DNA of 64,000 nucleotides from a virus (taxonomy: Duplodnaviria; Caudoviricetes): IMG/VR virus record IMGVR_UViG_3300042885_001472, one strand, 5' to 3'. The translations under genes and the position numbers were made by a program. Positions 10,595 to 21,649 of the stretch are shown here, piece by piece. Numbering within the stretch: the stretch's first letter is position 1; the number at the start of each line of letters is the position of its first letter. The notes beneath the pieces are model-generated. The model was not told the origin of the DNA and did no database searches. It worked only from the letters and a program-made list of their open reading frames with translations.

Positions 10595-12415
10595 ATGGCA
10601 TATCAAACAAACTATTCAGCTAGAAATTTCGCTGACATAAGATTAGAATTATTAAATTATGTAAAACAATATTATCCTGATATATTCAGTGATTTTAATG
10701 ACGCGTCTGTGGGTACAATGTTACTTGAATTAAACGCGGCCACAGCTGATATTTTATCGTATCATACTGATAGGATGTTTCAAGAAACTCAAATTGATTA
10801 CGCTTATGAAAGAAGTTCATTACTTTCATTGGGGAGAACATTAGGTGTTAAAATACCTAACACAAGACCCAGTGTTAGCGTGGTTAATTGGTCGGTAGTA
10901 GTGCCGGTTAATGGTGCTACATTTGATCTTGACTATTGTCCAATAATTAAAAGAGGTTCACAAGCTACTGGTGCTGGTAAAATATTTGAAGTTTTAAATG
11001 ATATTGATTTTACATCAAGATATAATAATTTAGGTATACCTAATAGAACTATAGTACCTAATACTAATTCTAATGGTTCAATACAAAACTATACTATAGT
11101 TAAACAAGAAATTGTATTTAATGGTTATACTAAGGTTTTTAGTAAAGTATTAACTGAAGCTAATTCAGTACCATTCTTAGAAATTATACTACCAGAAGAT
11201 GATGTCTTATCTGTTGAAAATTTAATAATATTACCTGGGACTAATTATACTACTATACCAACATTATCTCAATTTTTAGATGTTAATAACGCTTGGTATG
11301 AGGTAGAGTCTTTAGCCGAAAATAAAATATTCATTGAAGATACAAATGTAACTACCATTACAAATGGTGTTAGAAAAGGTATTTGGAAAAATATTAGTAA
11401 AAAATTTATTAGAGAATACACTGATCAGGGTTTTTCTAAATTAACATTTGGTTCTGGTTATAAAGATATTAGTTTTACTAGTGAGTTTGATGAAAATTGT
11501 AAATTTTTAGTAGAGAAAATTGGTGATTTTATTAATAATACGGCTTTAGGTGAGATACCACCTTCTAATAGTACTATGTTTATTAGATATAGAGTTGGTG
11601 GTGGTGCGGACACTAATCTAGGTCCAAATACTATTACTGAATTGGGTATTGTTGATATTATTGTTGATGGACCAGATAACGCTAAGAATAACGCGGTTAG
11701 ACAATCATTAGAAGTTAATAATCCAATCCCAGCTACTGGTGGTGCTGATCAACCTGGTACTGAAGAATTAAGAGGATTAATAAAGTATAATTTTTCATCA
11801 CAAAATAGATGTGTAACTATAAAAGATTATAAGTCAAGAATAACTTTAATGCCGGGTAATTTTGGTGCTCCATTCAGAACTAATGTATGGGAAGAACAAA
11901 ATAAAATTGTAGCCGCTATTATGACATTAGATGAAAATAGTAACTTAAGTAATATAACAAATACTATCTTAAATCAAAATATCTCAGAATATCTATCAGA
12001 TTATAGAATGTTAAATGATTATATAGTGGTTAGACCAGCGAGGATTTTTAATTTAGGTTTTGATATTGATTTATTTGTTGATAAGAGTGTAACTAAATCA
12101 GAAATAATCGGTAATGTTATAGAAATTGTTAAGAATTATTTTGATATTTCAAAACAAGAAATGGCTCAAAATATTTATTTAGCTCAATTAGTTGAACAAA
12201 TTAATAATGTAGCTGGAGTATTAAATGTAATTGATATTAAAGTATTTAATAAAGTTGGTGGTGGTTCTTATTCATTAAATGAAGTTAGTCAACCATATAT
12301 TGATTCAACAACAAGACAGATTAATTTAATGGGATTATTTACATTATTCGCTGATCCAGATAGTATGTTTGAAATAAAATATCCGGAGAAAGATATTAGA
12401 GTTAGTATACGATAA
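10595..12415 (+). CDS. Baseplate wedge protein, T4 gp6 / baseplate J-like
   Basis: NYSARNFADIRLEL, DFNDASVGTMLLEL, YRVGGG, NPIPATGGAD, QNRCVTIKDY; follows gp25. Confidence 0.85.
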   Translation: MAYQTNYSARNFADIRLELLNYVKQYYPDIFSDFNDASVGTMLLELNAATADILSYHTDRMFQETQIDYAYERSSLLSLGRTLGVKIPNTRPSVSVVNWSVVVPVNGATFDLDYCPIIKRGSQATGAGKIFEVLNDIDFTSRYNNLGIPNRTIVPNTNSNGSIQNYTIVKQEIVFNGYTKVFSKVLTEANSVPFLEIILPEDDVLSVENLIILPGTNYTTIPTLSQFLDVNNAWYEVESLAENKIFIEDTNVTTITNGVRKGIWKNISKKFIREYTDQGFSKLTFGSGYKDISFTSEFDENCKFLVEKIGDFINNTALGEIPPSNSTMFIRYRVGGGADTNLGPNTITELGIVDIIVDGPDNAKNNAVRQSLEVNNPIPATGGADQPGTEELRGLIKYNFSSQNRCVTIKDYKSRITLMPGNFGAPFRTNVWEEQNKIVAAIMTLDENSNLSNITNTILNQNISEYLSDYRMLNDYIVVRPARIFNLGFDIDLFVDKSVTKSEIIGNVIEIVKNYFDISKQEMAQNIYLAQLVEQINNVAGVLNVIDIKVFNKVGGGSYSLNEVSQPYIDSTTRQINLMGLFTLFADPDSMFEIKYPEKDIRVSIR

Positions 12416-12465
12416 TATCTTTACTAATTTAAAATTATAGTTAATATTTAAATAAAAAAATTAAT

Positions 12466-12867
12466 ATGGGGTGTGGTTGTAAATCAAACAAAAATAGTGG
12501 TACACAAAATGAATTAATGGAAAATGCCTTGGCCGATATGAGTGGTAAAGGTATGAGTTCAATTATTAATAATAATTTAATCGTTAGGTTATTATATTTT
12601 TCAGTGGCTTTACCATTGGTAATCTTATTATTACCAATAGTTTTTATCATTTTATTTAATCATTTAGTTATGGGTAAATCGGTTGATTTAAGTAGTTTAT
12701 TAAAAAAAGTATTTTTAATTGATTTCTATAATAAAATGAAGAAAAAAAGGGAAGATAAACTTGATGAGGAAGAATATGATGAAGAGGAAGAAGATGATGA
12801 TGAGTATGAATATGAAGATGTTTATGTTACACCAATTGAAAAAATAGATTCCAAAGAAATTAAATAA
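12466..12867 (+). CDS. Hypothetical membrane protein
   Basis: MGCGCKS N-terminus, hydrophobic stretch LLYFSVALPLVILLLPIVFIILF, acidic tail. Confidence 0.65.
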   Translation: MGCGCKSNKNSGTQNELMENALADMSGKGMSSIINNNLIVRLLYFSVALPLVILLLPIVFIILFNHLVMGKSVDLSSLLKKVFLIDFYNKMKKKREDKLDEEEYDEEEEDDDEYEYEDVYVTPIEKIDSKEIK

Positions 12868-12893
12868 TAGATATTTATCATTAAAAGAATTTT

Positions 12894-15800
12894 ATGTCTA
12901 AATCCATTAGGATAAATACAACACCTCTAGGGAATGATAAACACTTAAAAGTAAAAATTGATCAAGATTTTGATTTTTTAGAGATTTTAAGTTTAAAAAT
13001 AACCCAAACTGAAGCGTACACTAAGTATTGTTCGGATTATGGTGTTGTAGTTGGTAGAGTTGTAGTTAATAACGGATTTGGTATTCCAAACGCTAAAATT
13101 TCTATTTTCATCCCATTAGCGGAAGAAGATAAATCAAGACCAGAGATTAATGGGTTATATCCATTTGAAACTATTTACACTAAAGATTATAAGGGGATTA
13201 GATATAATTTATTAAGTAATGAACCAAGACCAGATGATGAATGTCACGTTGCGGTAGGTACTTTCCCAGATAAACGACAAGTTTTAGATTGTGGTACAAC
13301 TTTGGAAGTATTTGAAAAATATTATAAGTTTACTACTACTACTAATAGTGCGGGTGATTATATGATATTCGGTGCTCCAGTTGGAGAACATACAATTCAT
13401 ATTGATGTTGATTTAAGTGATATAGGATTTATTAGTCAAAAACCTTATGAATTAATTGGTCAAGGTTTTAGTAAAAATTTATTTGCGAGTAATAGTCAAT
13501 TTAAAACAGGACAAAATTTAGATGTATTAAGTCAAATAAAAAGTAGAAATACTAGTGCGAGTGTAATTCCATTTTGGGGTGATTTAGAAGAATGTGAAGT
13601 TGGTATTACAAGAGTAGATTTTGATTTAAATTATGATATAATACCCACAGCGATTTTTATTGGGAATATTTTTGGTGATAATGAAAAAAATAGTGTTAAT
13701 AAAAGATGTAGACCTAGAAGAAAATTAGGAAATCTTTGTGAAACTGTTACCGGTGAAGGGACTATTGAAATGATTAGAAAAACACCGGAAGGACTTATAG
13801 AAAAGTTTTCGGTGGATGGTGATAATTTAATTAATGAAAATGGTGTTTGGTGTTATCAAATACCAATGAACTTAGATAAGTTAGTTACTGATGAGTTTGG
13901 TAATTTAGTACCATCAGAAGATCCGGAAAAGGGTGTACCAAGTAACGCTAAAGTTAGATTTAGAGTTGCTATGAATGAAACTGGTGATACTGGTAGAATA
14001 CGTTCTAGAGCTAAATTTTTAATACCGAATAGAGGTCTTGATTATAATTTTGATGATTCAACACCAGATACTGAATTCGCTGATTTAAGGTGGAAAAAAG
14101 TGTATACTGTTAGACAATTTATTGCTCGGTATCAAAAATATTGTGAGACAAAAGTTTGTGGAACTAAAAGATCTTTTATTGGTATAAAGGATGTTGATGA
14201 TTGTGGTGATCATACACCATTCCCATACAATAGAATTGATACTGATTTAAATCCGTTATATAGTATTATATGTTTAATCGTAACTATATTAATGACATTA
14301 ATAGAATTAATTAATGTAAGTTTAATTAGATTACTTAACATTGTTATAGGTGCTTTAAATGCTATACTTTGTTTTATTTGTAATATTATCTACGGATTAG
14401 GTCAATTTATTGACTCTATTGTTAGTGCCATTAATGGTCTTATCCCTGGTAACGGACCATTAAGTTTTAATGTTTGTAATTTTTGTATTGGTACTGGTTG
14501 TTGTACTTGTGGAAGTATAATGAATTATATGTCATGTATTTCTATTAAGTGTGATGAAAAATCATTCGCACCAGGGTGTTATAAACCATCATCATGTTCT
14601 TTACCAAGTGGTTGTAGTATACCATCAGATGTAGATAAACTTGGATGGTGTACGGCTAATAGTGGTCAACCACCAGAAAACTATCCTGGCGATGGTGTTA
14701 CTAATCAAATTGATTGTGGATCATATAACGCGAGTGATGCTCATGGGTGTTGTGGTCCCGCGGGAAGTGGTTTTATTCCATTCGCTGGCGCTATGGATTG
14801 TATTGAAATACAATTAGCGAGAGCTCTAAATGTTTTTAAATTTGATTTTTATAATGATTGGATTAATGGTAGTCTTTACGCTTTTTTATTCAAATATAAA
14901 GTTAGAAGAAAAAAGAGTAAAAAAAGAACTGTAGAAAAGTTTTGTGAATATGATTGTCACGACACGTATGAAAGTGATACAGATTCACCGGAACATAAGT
15001 ATAATAAGTGTAGAGATAATTTATTCTTAGTTGATACTTGTGTTGCTAACGATAATAACCCTATTAGTTTTAATAAGGTTGGTATAGATGAAGGTATTAT
15101 AAAAGAACATAAAGATGAATTATATTATGCTGCGATGACACATGATACCGCCAACTTATTATACGCTACAGATATAACTTGTCTTGGTAGTGCGGTTAAT
15201 TGTGATATTGATGGTAGACAAAAAATAGTTACTTATTTAGTTAACACTTCATATAAAATGCCACCAGATACAGCTGAATTAGATAGTAATAATGTTTTGG
15301 AAACTACCGCGATAGACCCATTATTATTATCTTTAAATTGTTTTAGGGTTAAAGTTGAAGATTATAATTGTAAAAATATTAAAAGAATTTGTGAAATTGG
15401 TATTGGTTTGGATGAAAATAGAGTTGATGATACACCACCGGGGGTAGCCGCTAATTGTAATATTGAAATATTTGATAGTCCAATTACTATCGCCACAACG
15501 GAAGAATTAGAAGGTGAATTTTTAAGAAATGAATTAGGTTCTTGTGCTACTGGAATTTATCAGTTTGATTGTACACAAGAACAAACAGATTACAATATAT
15601 TTAGAGGGTATAATAATCCAAACCCATTGGGGCTACCAACAGAAAATTCATATTTTTATTATTTTGGGATTAATCCTGGTAAGAGTGCGTTGGATTGTGC
15701 TATGGCCTCATATTTTGTCCCTTGTAAGCGAGATAAACAAAATCAAATCCCAGCTCAAATTACAACTATAGATAATACTTGTAATAATCAAAACGCTGGT

Positions 15801-17378
15801 TCTGTTACCGTTAATCTATTAGGTGGTAAAGAACCATTTACGTACACATTTGCTGATACTAATTCTAATTCAATATTAGGAAGTCCTTCATCACCAACAA
15901 CATCTAATTTTATATCATTCACTAATCTATTTGCTGGTTCATATCAATTAAGTGTGACCGATAAATATGGTGATAATTCATTATACAATATCAATATCAA
16001 TGAACCATTAAGTTTAATTGCTGTACCAACAAGTGTACAAAATACAACATCACCTATTTTAAGTAATGGTAGTATAGATATTAATGTATTTGGTGGTAAT
16101 CCACCTTACACATATCTTTGGTCGCCAGGTGGACAAACAACACAAGATTTGTCTGGAATTGGTGTTGGTGTTTACAATGTAACCATTAAAGATACTGCGA
16201 CACCTACTTGTAGTCAACAGACTATAACATTAACTGGGTTAACTATAGCATCACCTTCTGCGTTGAATTTTAATTATACAACAGTACCATCTAGTTGTTA
16301 TAATCAAGGTGATGCACAAATAGTGTTATCAAATATTACCGGTGGAACTTCTCCATATACAATATTTATTAATGGAACATTAACTACAAGTAGTATTGGT
16401 AATTTAACTGGTAATACTAGTGGTATACCATATACAATAACAGTTTATGACTCAACATCAGCACAAACTGTGACACAAATTGTTACTTTAACATCACCAC
16501 CTTTATTAACAGCAACAGCAGTACCTGGTACTATTTTATGTAATGGTTGTACCACTAATATTACTGTTAACCCTAATGGTGGAACATCACCATATACTTA
16601 CAAATGGAATGATTCAAATAATCAAACTACACAAACAGCCCTTAATTTATCTGAAGGTACTTATGTGTGTATGATAAAAGACGCTAAAGATTGTGAATAT
16701 AAAGTTACAACTACAATCACAGCACCACCAAAATTAGATATAAATAATGTATTTGTAACTAATGCGGTTTGCTTTAATGGCACAGCTCAAGTTAGTTTTA
16801 ATCTTGCTGGCGGTACTGGTAATTTAAGTTATGCTATATACAATGCCGCATTAAATACAACTTTAACACCGACTTGTAATAATTGTAATACACCAACAAG
16901 TACACCATGTACTTCATCTTGTGTATCATCACCTGGTACATTAGCGCAACCAATAACTAGTAATGTAACACCTGGGACTTATACATTTAATATACCGCAT
17001 ATTATGATTAGTAAACAATATTATATGGTGGTAACTGATACTAATGGTTGTAAAACTTGTACAACATTTATTGTAACATCACCACCACAATTATCTGGTT
17101 TATTTACATATAATTTAACTAATAGTATACCGTTTAAACAATATTCATTAAATATTACTGGTATAGGTGGGACTTTAACTACATCGTATACTATTAATTT
17201 ATATAATAGTGTTTTAGGTAATACTAATTGTAATCTTAGTACAACTCCAATAACACCTAATAGTTTTACACCAACAACTAAAGATTACATAAATTTAGGT
17301 AGTGGTGAATATATAATACAAATAAAAGATGATAATAATTGTCTATGGTGTAGTTCAACGTTCACTTTACCCTCATAA
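12894..17378 (+). CDS. Large putative virion (baseplate/tail) protein with Cys-rich core and C-terminal SprB-like repeats
   Basis: 1494 aa in the structural block; repeats such as GGNPPYTYLWSPGGQTTQDLSGIGVGVYNVTIKD and GGTSPYTYKWND..QTTQTALNLSEGTYVCMIKD. Confidence 0.7.
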   Translation: MSKSIRINTTPLGNDKHLKVKIDQDFDFLEILSLKITQTEAYTKYCSDYGVVVGRVVVNNGFGIPNAKISIFIPLAEEDKSRPEINGLYPFETIYTKDYKGIRYNLLSNEPRPDDECHVAVGTFPDKRQVLDCGTTLEVFEKYYKFTTTTNSAGDYMIFGAPVGEHTIHIDVDLSDIGFISQKPYELIGQGFSKNLFASNSQFKTGQNLDVLSQIKSRNTSASVIPFWGDLEECEVGITRVDFDLNYDIIPTAIFIGNIFGDNEKNSVNKRCRPRRKLGNLCETVTGEGTIEMIRKTPEGLIEKFSVDGDNLINENGVWCYQIPMNLDKLVTDEFGNLVPSEDPEKGVPSNAKVRFRVAMNETGDTGRIRSRAKFLIPNRGLDYNFDDSTPDTEFADLRWKKVYTVRQFIARYQKYCETKVCGTKRSFIGIKDVDDCGDHTPFPYNRIDTDLNPLYSIICLIVTILMTLIELINVSLIRLLNIVIGALNAILCFICNIIYGLGQFIDSIVSAINGLIPGNGPLSFNVCNFCIGTGCCTCGSIMNYMSCISIKCDEKSFAPGCYKPSSCSLPSGCSIPSDVDKLGWCTANSGQPPENYPGDGVTNQIDCGSYNASDAHGCCGPAGSGFIPFAGAMDCIEIQLARALNVFKFDFYNDWINGSLYAFLFKYKVRRKKSKKRTVEKFCEYDCHDTYESDTDSPEHKYNKCRDNLFLVDTCVANDNNPISFNKVGIDEGIIKEHKDELYYAAMTHDTANLLYATDITCLGSAVNCDIDGRQKIVTYLVNTSYKMPPDTAELDSNNVLETTAIDPLLLSLNCFRVKVEDYNCKNIKRICEIGIGLDENRVDDTPPGVAANCNIEIFDSPITIATTEELEGEFLRNELGSCATGIYQFDCTQEQTDYNIFRGYNNPNPLGLPTENSYFYYFGINPGKSALDCAMASYFVPCKRDKQNQIPAQITTIDNTCNNQNAGSVTVNLLGGKEPFTYTFADTNSNSILGSPSSPTTSNFISFTNLFAGSYQLSVTDKYGDNSLYNININEPLSLIAVPTSVQNTTSPILSNGSIDINVFGGNPPYTYLWSPGGQTTQDLSGIGVGVYNVTIKDTATPTCSQQTITLTGLTIASPSALNFNYTTVPSSCYNQGDAQIVLSNITGGTSPYTIFINGTLTTSSIGNLTGNTSGIPYTITVYDSTSAQTVTQIVTLTSPPLLTATAVPGTILCNGCTTNITVNPNGGTSPYTYKWNDSNNQTTQTALNLSEGTYVCMIKDAKDCEYKVTTTITAPPKLDINNVFVTNAVCFNGTAQVSFNLAGGTGNLSYAIYNAALNTTLTPTCNNCNTPTSTPCTSSCVSSPGTLAQPITSNVTPGTYTFNIPHIMISKQYYMVVTDTNGCKTCTTFIVTSPPQLSGLFTYNLTNSIPFKQYSLNITGIGGTLTTSYTINLYNSVLGNTNCNLSTTPITPNSFTPTTKDYINLGSGEYIIQIKDDNNCLWCSSTFTLPS

Positions 17379-18961
17379 TGAATACTGAAAGATTATATAA
17401 AATATTAGATTCACAGATTTCAAAAAAGTCTGTGAATAAAGATTTTAATATTAACATTGGGTTAAGTAATACTAATAAACCATTACCACTCAATCAAATT
17501 GATAGTGTTGTTGATCAATCCCAAGTCTTTGAAGATGAAAGAAATGTTAGTAATTTATATAGATTTTTAGGTTCAATTAGACCATTAATATCAAATGTTT
17601 TATTTGATATCACAGGTCCGGATTCATTACAAACTATTAATAGTATTATATCTTTATCAGATGAACAATTTTCACAAGTGAATCAACTATTAATTGAACA
17701 AAATGGTTGGTTTGGTTATTTCGTTCAAAATGGTAATAATTTATGTGAATTCGTTGATTTATACCCTAAAAAAAAAGATTTATTAATTGTTAAAGATGGT
17801 GTAAAAGATAACTGGTCATTAAAGATAACTTACCCTTATACCGGTTTATCTAATACAGTTTATTTTAACGCTAATAATGATCCATTACGACCAATTTATT
17901 TAAGTGATGGTATCGCGATTAGTTCTGTTTATCAAACAAAAGTTGGTGATGTTGATATGACTGGGTTTAAAATACCAATTTCACATGGTTTAAATGTGGG
18001 TGATGAGGTTAAGATTACCGGAGGAACTTTATATGATGGTATACATACAGTGATTTTATTGGGTGATAATGTTAATAATGAGTTTATAATTAACACTTTT
18101 ATTACTGGTTCAACTAGTGGTATTACATTTACAAACGCGTCAATGAAAAGAGTGGTTAATAATGTAGAATCAAAATATTATGCGAGATACTTTAGTGCGA
18201 TCACACAAACTAATGAAATAGATTTTTATCCAACAGCGTTTAGTACAACCATTTTTGGTGATGAAGTCATAGGTTTCAATACCAATAATAATATAGATAT
18301 ATCATTATATAGGGATTATTTAGATAGACCTATTACCGAAGTATATTTAACGATGGTTAAAACAAAAACATCCTCAAATTATTGGGGTAATTTAAAAGTT
18401 GGATTAGAAACAAAAGTTGATTTAGTTAATTATGACATAAAACAAATAAATGATCAACCCTACCCATTACCTGATTTAGGTATAATTAGTTCGACTAATA
18501 ATGTTTTCTTCGGTGATATTATTGATTACAACGATGAAAATATTAGTGAGATAATATTAGAAGGGGCTAGACATAGATTCAATTCTAATAATAGAAATAC
18601 TAACTCATATTATGAGGGGTATTATTATAAACCACATTATAAAATAGTTACACAATATTATTCAAGTCAAGTGGAATATAGTGATCCTAATATACCAACT
18701 ATTAATATACCAGATTACGCTTTATTTTCTAATGGTAGATATAGATGGAGAGATATATTAACAAAGGGATACTTTGATGAAACTAATAGAGGTGTTAATT
18801 ATCCATTTTTAAATGGGGTTACATATATCCACGAGAATTATTTTTTAAGTTTAAAGCGTCAAGATCCTACACTTTCGTATGATCATGGAACTTCATCAAT
18901 TAATGGTGCGACTTGTTCAAGTACACAACAATTTACAATAAACGATAACGATGTTTGTTAA
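17378..18961 (+). CDS. Putative virion structural protein
   Basis: 527-aa ORF translationally coupled within the baseplate block; beta-rich composition. Confidence 0.6.
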   Translation: MNTERLYKILDSQISKKSVNKDFNINIGLSNTNKPLPLNQIDSVVDQSQVFEDERNVSNLYRFLGSIRPLISNVLFDITGPDSLQTINSIISLSDEQFSQVNQLLIEQNGWFGYFVQNGNNLCEFVDLYPKKKDLLIVKDGVKDNWSLKITYPYTGLSNTVYFNANNDPLRPIYLSDGIAISSVYQTKVGDVDMTGFKIPISHGLNVGDEVKITGGTLYDGIHTVILLGDNVNNEFIINTFITGSTSGITFTNASMKRVVNNVESKYYARYFSAITQTNEIDFYPTAFSTTIFGDEVIGFNTNNNIDISLYRDYLDRPITEVYLTMVKTKTSSNYWGNLKVGLETKVDLVNYDIKQINDQPYPLPDLGIISSTNNVFFGDIIDYNDENISEIILEGARHRFNSNNRNTNSYYEGYYYKPHYKIVTQYYSSQVEYSDPNIPTINIPDYALFSNGRYRWRDILTKGYFDETNRGVNYPFLNGVTYIHENYFLSLKRQDPTLSYDHGTSSINGATCSSTQQFTINDNDVC

Positions 18962-19808
18962 TAGGTATAGAATATTAGCCGGTAGTTTACCGGATACGAG
19001 TGGTACGACTATGGTAGTACCATTTTCATTAGATTTTTTTCCGGTGGATAATTCTGAATTAATCCAAACTAATTTCGTTGATATGGAGACGGAAAAAGCG
19101 ATTAACCCTATCATTGATTATGAAAAATCAAGATTTTTACCATTTGTTAGTGGGGGTACACAAATTAGTGAAATTAAATATAAATTATTTAATGGACCAG
19201 GTTCTCCACTATATTACTCTGATTTAGGGATAACAGATGATGACGTTAAATTTAGAAGAAATAGATATTTAAACACTTTTTTAAAGTTATCATTTTATGA
19301 TTCTGATGAGGTAACAAATAGTAACTTCTTATTCTCAATTGACCACTTTAGTCAATTAGGGGATGATCAAGTTGATTTAACTGGATGTCCACCAGCTAGT
19401 AGTAGTTGTACTGGACCTATTAATGTTAATTATGGTAAACCAAAAGTAGTAACTTCAATGCCAGTATCTTATTTAAGTAGTGATCCAATTTCATTACCAA
19501 AAAAAATGGCTGAAGGATATTATATTTATTGGTTATTAAAAGATGTAATAAATAAACCAAAAGATATTTATGTTAGGGCGACTTTGAATAACGCTGTAAC
19601 TGGTAAAATTACCCAATTTTATGGTGTTTTAGATTTGTACCCATTAGAATACGACTCATCTATGTTTAAGAAAAGAAATATTAAATGTAAAATTTTTAAA
19701 GACCCAGTAGATGGGATTTTTAAATATAATATTGATGACACTGATAGATCAATATCTATTAACCAATTATTAACAACAATAAATCTTTATAAATTAATTG
19801 TTAAATAA
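18951..19808 (+). CDS. Putative virion structural protein
   Basis: 285-aa ORF overlapping its neighbours in the structural block. Confidence 0.55.
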   Translation: MFVNRYRILAGSLPDTSGTTMVVPFSLDFFPVDNSELIQTNFVDMETEKAINPIIDYEKSRFLPFVSGGTQISEIKYKLFNGPGSPLYYSDLGITDDDVKFRRNRYLNTFLKLSFYDSDEVTNSNFLFSIDHFSQLGDDQVDLTGCPPASSSCTGPINVNYGKPKVVTSMPVSYLSSDPISLPKKMAEGYYIYWLLKDVINKPKDIYVRATLNNAVTGKITQFYGVLDLYPLEYDSSMFKKRNIKCKIFKDPVDGIFKYNIDDTDRSISINQLLTTINLYKLIVK

Positions 19809-20734
19809 TGGAAATAATAAATAGGATAGTACCTTTAGAAGATTTAATTAGTAGAAAATCACCATTAAATTTGGATGGTAAAACTATTTCATTGGGTGGT
19901 AATAATTGTATTGTTATTCAAACTAAAGATATTATTTTAGAAAACGCCATTGATATTAGTTTTAATTGGGGTGAAATTATAGCTGAATCTTTTAGTATTA
20001 ACATTTTTTTAACTCAAAACATTGATGATATTGGTATTTATAAAGATATTGATAGTGTTGATGAAACACCTGATTATAGTATATTAGAGGGTTATTATAA
20101 TTATTATTTAACTGGTCTAACTTGGACAACCCCTTTACCACATGATGTAGTATTTACAGGACCCTACACAATTGATCAAACTTTATTATATCGATTAAGA
20201 GGTCAAACAGCCGTTGACCATTATTTTAGTGGTGGTACAGTGACAGGGTTAACTAGTAGTTTAATAGATACGGTTAAAACATATAAAAAAGCTACCCCAT
20301 ATCAAGTTGGGACTAATCTTAACACAGAACCTACACAATACTTTACTGGTATATTATCTTTAACAACCGGTAGTACTAGTTATGTTTTGGACGCGTCAAT
20401 TACAGATATTTTTAATACTGGTATTCGTTATGTAGATGATAATACCAAAAGAACTGTGTATGATGATACATTTAACATTGATATTATTATAAATAAAACT
20501 ACATTTGAATATAGTGCTCTTGGGTGGGATAGTTCAAATACTTCACTTTCGGCCTTAACAAAAGAAGAGTTAGATTTAGGAATAGTTTTTCCTCACAAAA
20601 TATATAATGATGTATTTATAGATAGGAGTGAAATATCGGTAGAAGAAACTCAAATGAAGTTATCTGAAATTGATACATTAGCTCAATTAATAAGATATGG
20701 GAATAAATTTTATAACATTAAAACACAAGATTAA
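19808..20734 (+). CDS. Putative virion structural protein
   Basis: 308-aa ORF, Thr/Gly-rich, coupled start. Confidence 0.55.
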   Translation: MEIINRIVPLEDLISRKSPLNLDGKTISLGGNNCIVIQTKDIILENAIDISFNWGEIIAESFSINIFLTQNIDDIGIYKDIDSVDETPDYSILEGYYNYYLTGLTWTTPLPHDVVFTGPYTIDQTLLYRLRGQTAVDHYFSGGTVTGLTSSLIDTVKTYKKATPYQVGTNLNTEPTQYFTGILSLTTGSTSYVLDASITDIFNTGIRYVDDNTKRTVYDDTFNIDIIINKTTFEYSALGWDSSNTSLSALTKEELDLGIVFPHKIYNDVFIDRSEISVEETQMKLSEIDTLAQLIRYGNKFYNIKTQD

Positions 20735-20737
20735 GTA

Positions 20738-21649
20738 ATGGCAACAGGCGTATATGGAACAATAAGACCAACAGATGTATCACCAAATGATATGGAAATT
20801 TACTATCATTATAGTCCATCTAGATCTACAACTGGTAATGTGGATTTAATTAAAATTAGTGACCCTAATGAAATTATTAAGAAAGTTGATGATCCTAGTA
20901 ACCCTGGACAAATTTTTGGTGGGATGTATACACTTACATTACCAACAACTATTTTTAATTTAAAGGGGATTTATAGTATTATTATTAGACCAAAACAAAT
21001 TAAGACTACTATAATGGATTGTGGAATTTTATCCGCGTTTCCAGATATAAAAGGTATTGTTCTTGATTCTAGTACAATTTTACCGGAAGATATTAGTAAG
21101 TTTGAAAACCAAGGTTTAGTTGGATTTAGGGTAGAGTACTTATCAACGAATCCTACCGCTAATGAGAAGAAAGTTCAAAATGTATTTAGAATTGTTACAT
21201 CAAATAACAAATGTGAACCAGTTTTAGGTAATCAGAATAATACATCACAAAAATCAACTACATATAGATTTAACGATAATTCAACAACCGTATTTTGTAC
21301 ATTAACACCTAGCTCAGCTCCAAATGTAAAACCAAACGCTTTACCATTTATTGGTGTTCCAGGTCAAAAAGTTATTATAACTAATACTTTTTTCAATCCA
21401 GTTATGATTGAAATTGAGATGGTTGAAAATGATTTTGATACATTAGCTAATGGGTTATTTGGTAATCAAACTAAATCAGACGCTGATGGTGTTTATACCA
21501 TTTACAATAATAGTAATGAAATTTATAAACAATATAATCTTTTTGAAATTAAAGATGAATTCGGTAAACCACTTTATGAAGTTAGAGAGGAGAGAACTAA
21601 TATTGATTTCACAAAAGACTTTAATCAAATTATTACCGGTGTTCAATAA
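20738..21649 (+). CDS. Putative virion structural protein
   Basis: 303-aa ORF in the structural block. Confidence 0.55.
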   Translation: MATGVYGTIRPTDVSPNDMEIYYHYSPSRSTTGNVDLIKISDPNEIIKKVDDPSNPGQIFGGMYTLTLPTTIFNLKGIYSIIIRPKQIKTTIMDCGILSAFPDIKGIVLDSSTILPEDISKFENQGLVGFRVEYLSTNPTANEKKVQNVFRIVTSNNKCEPVLGNQNNTSQKSTTYRFNDNSTTVFCTLTPSSAPNVKPNALPFIGVPGQKVIITNTFFNPVMIEIEMVENDFDTLANGLFGNQTKSDADGVYTIYNNSNEIYKQYNLFEIKDEFGKPLYEVREERTNIDFTKDFNQIITGVQ

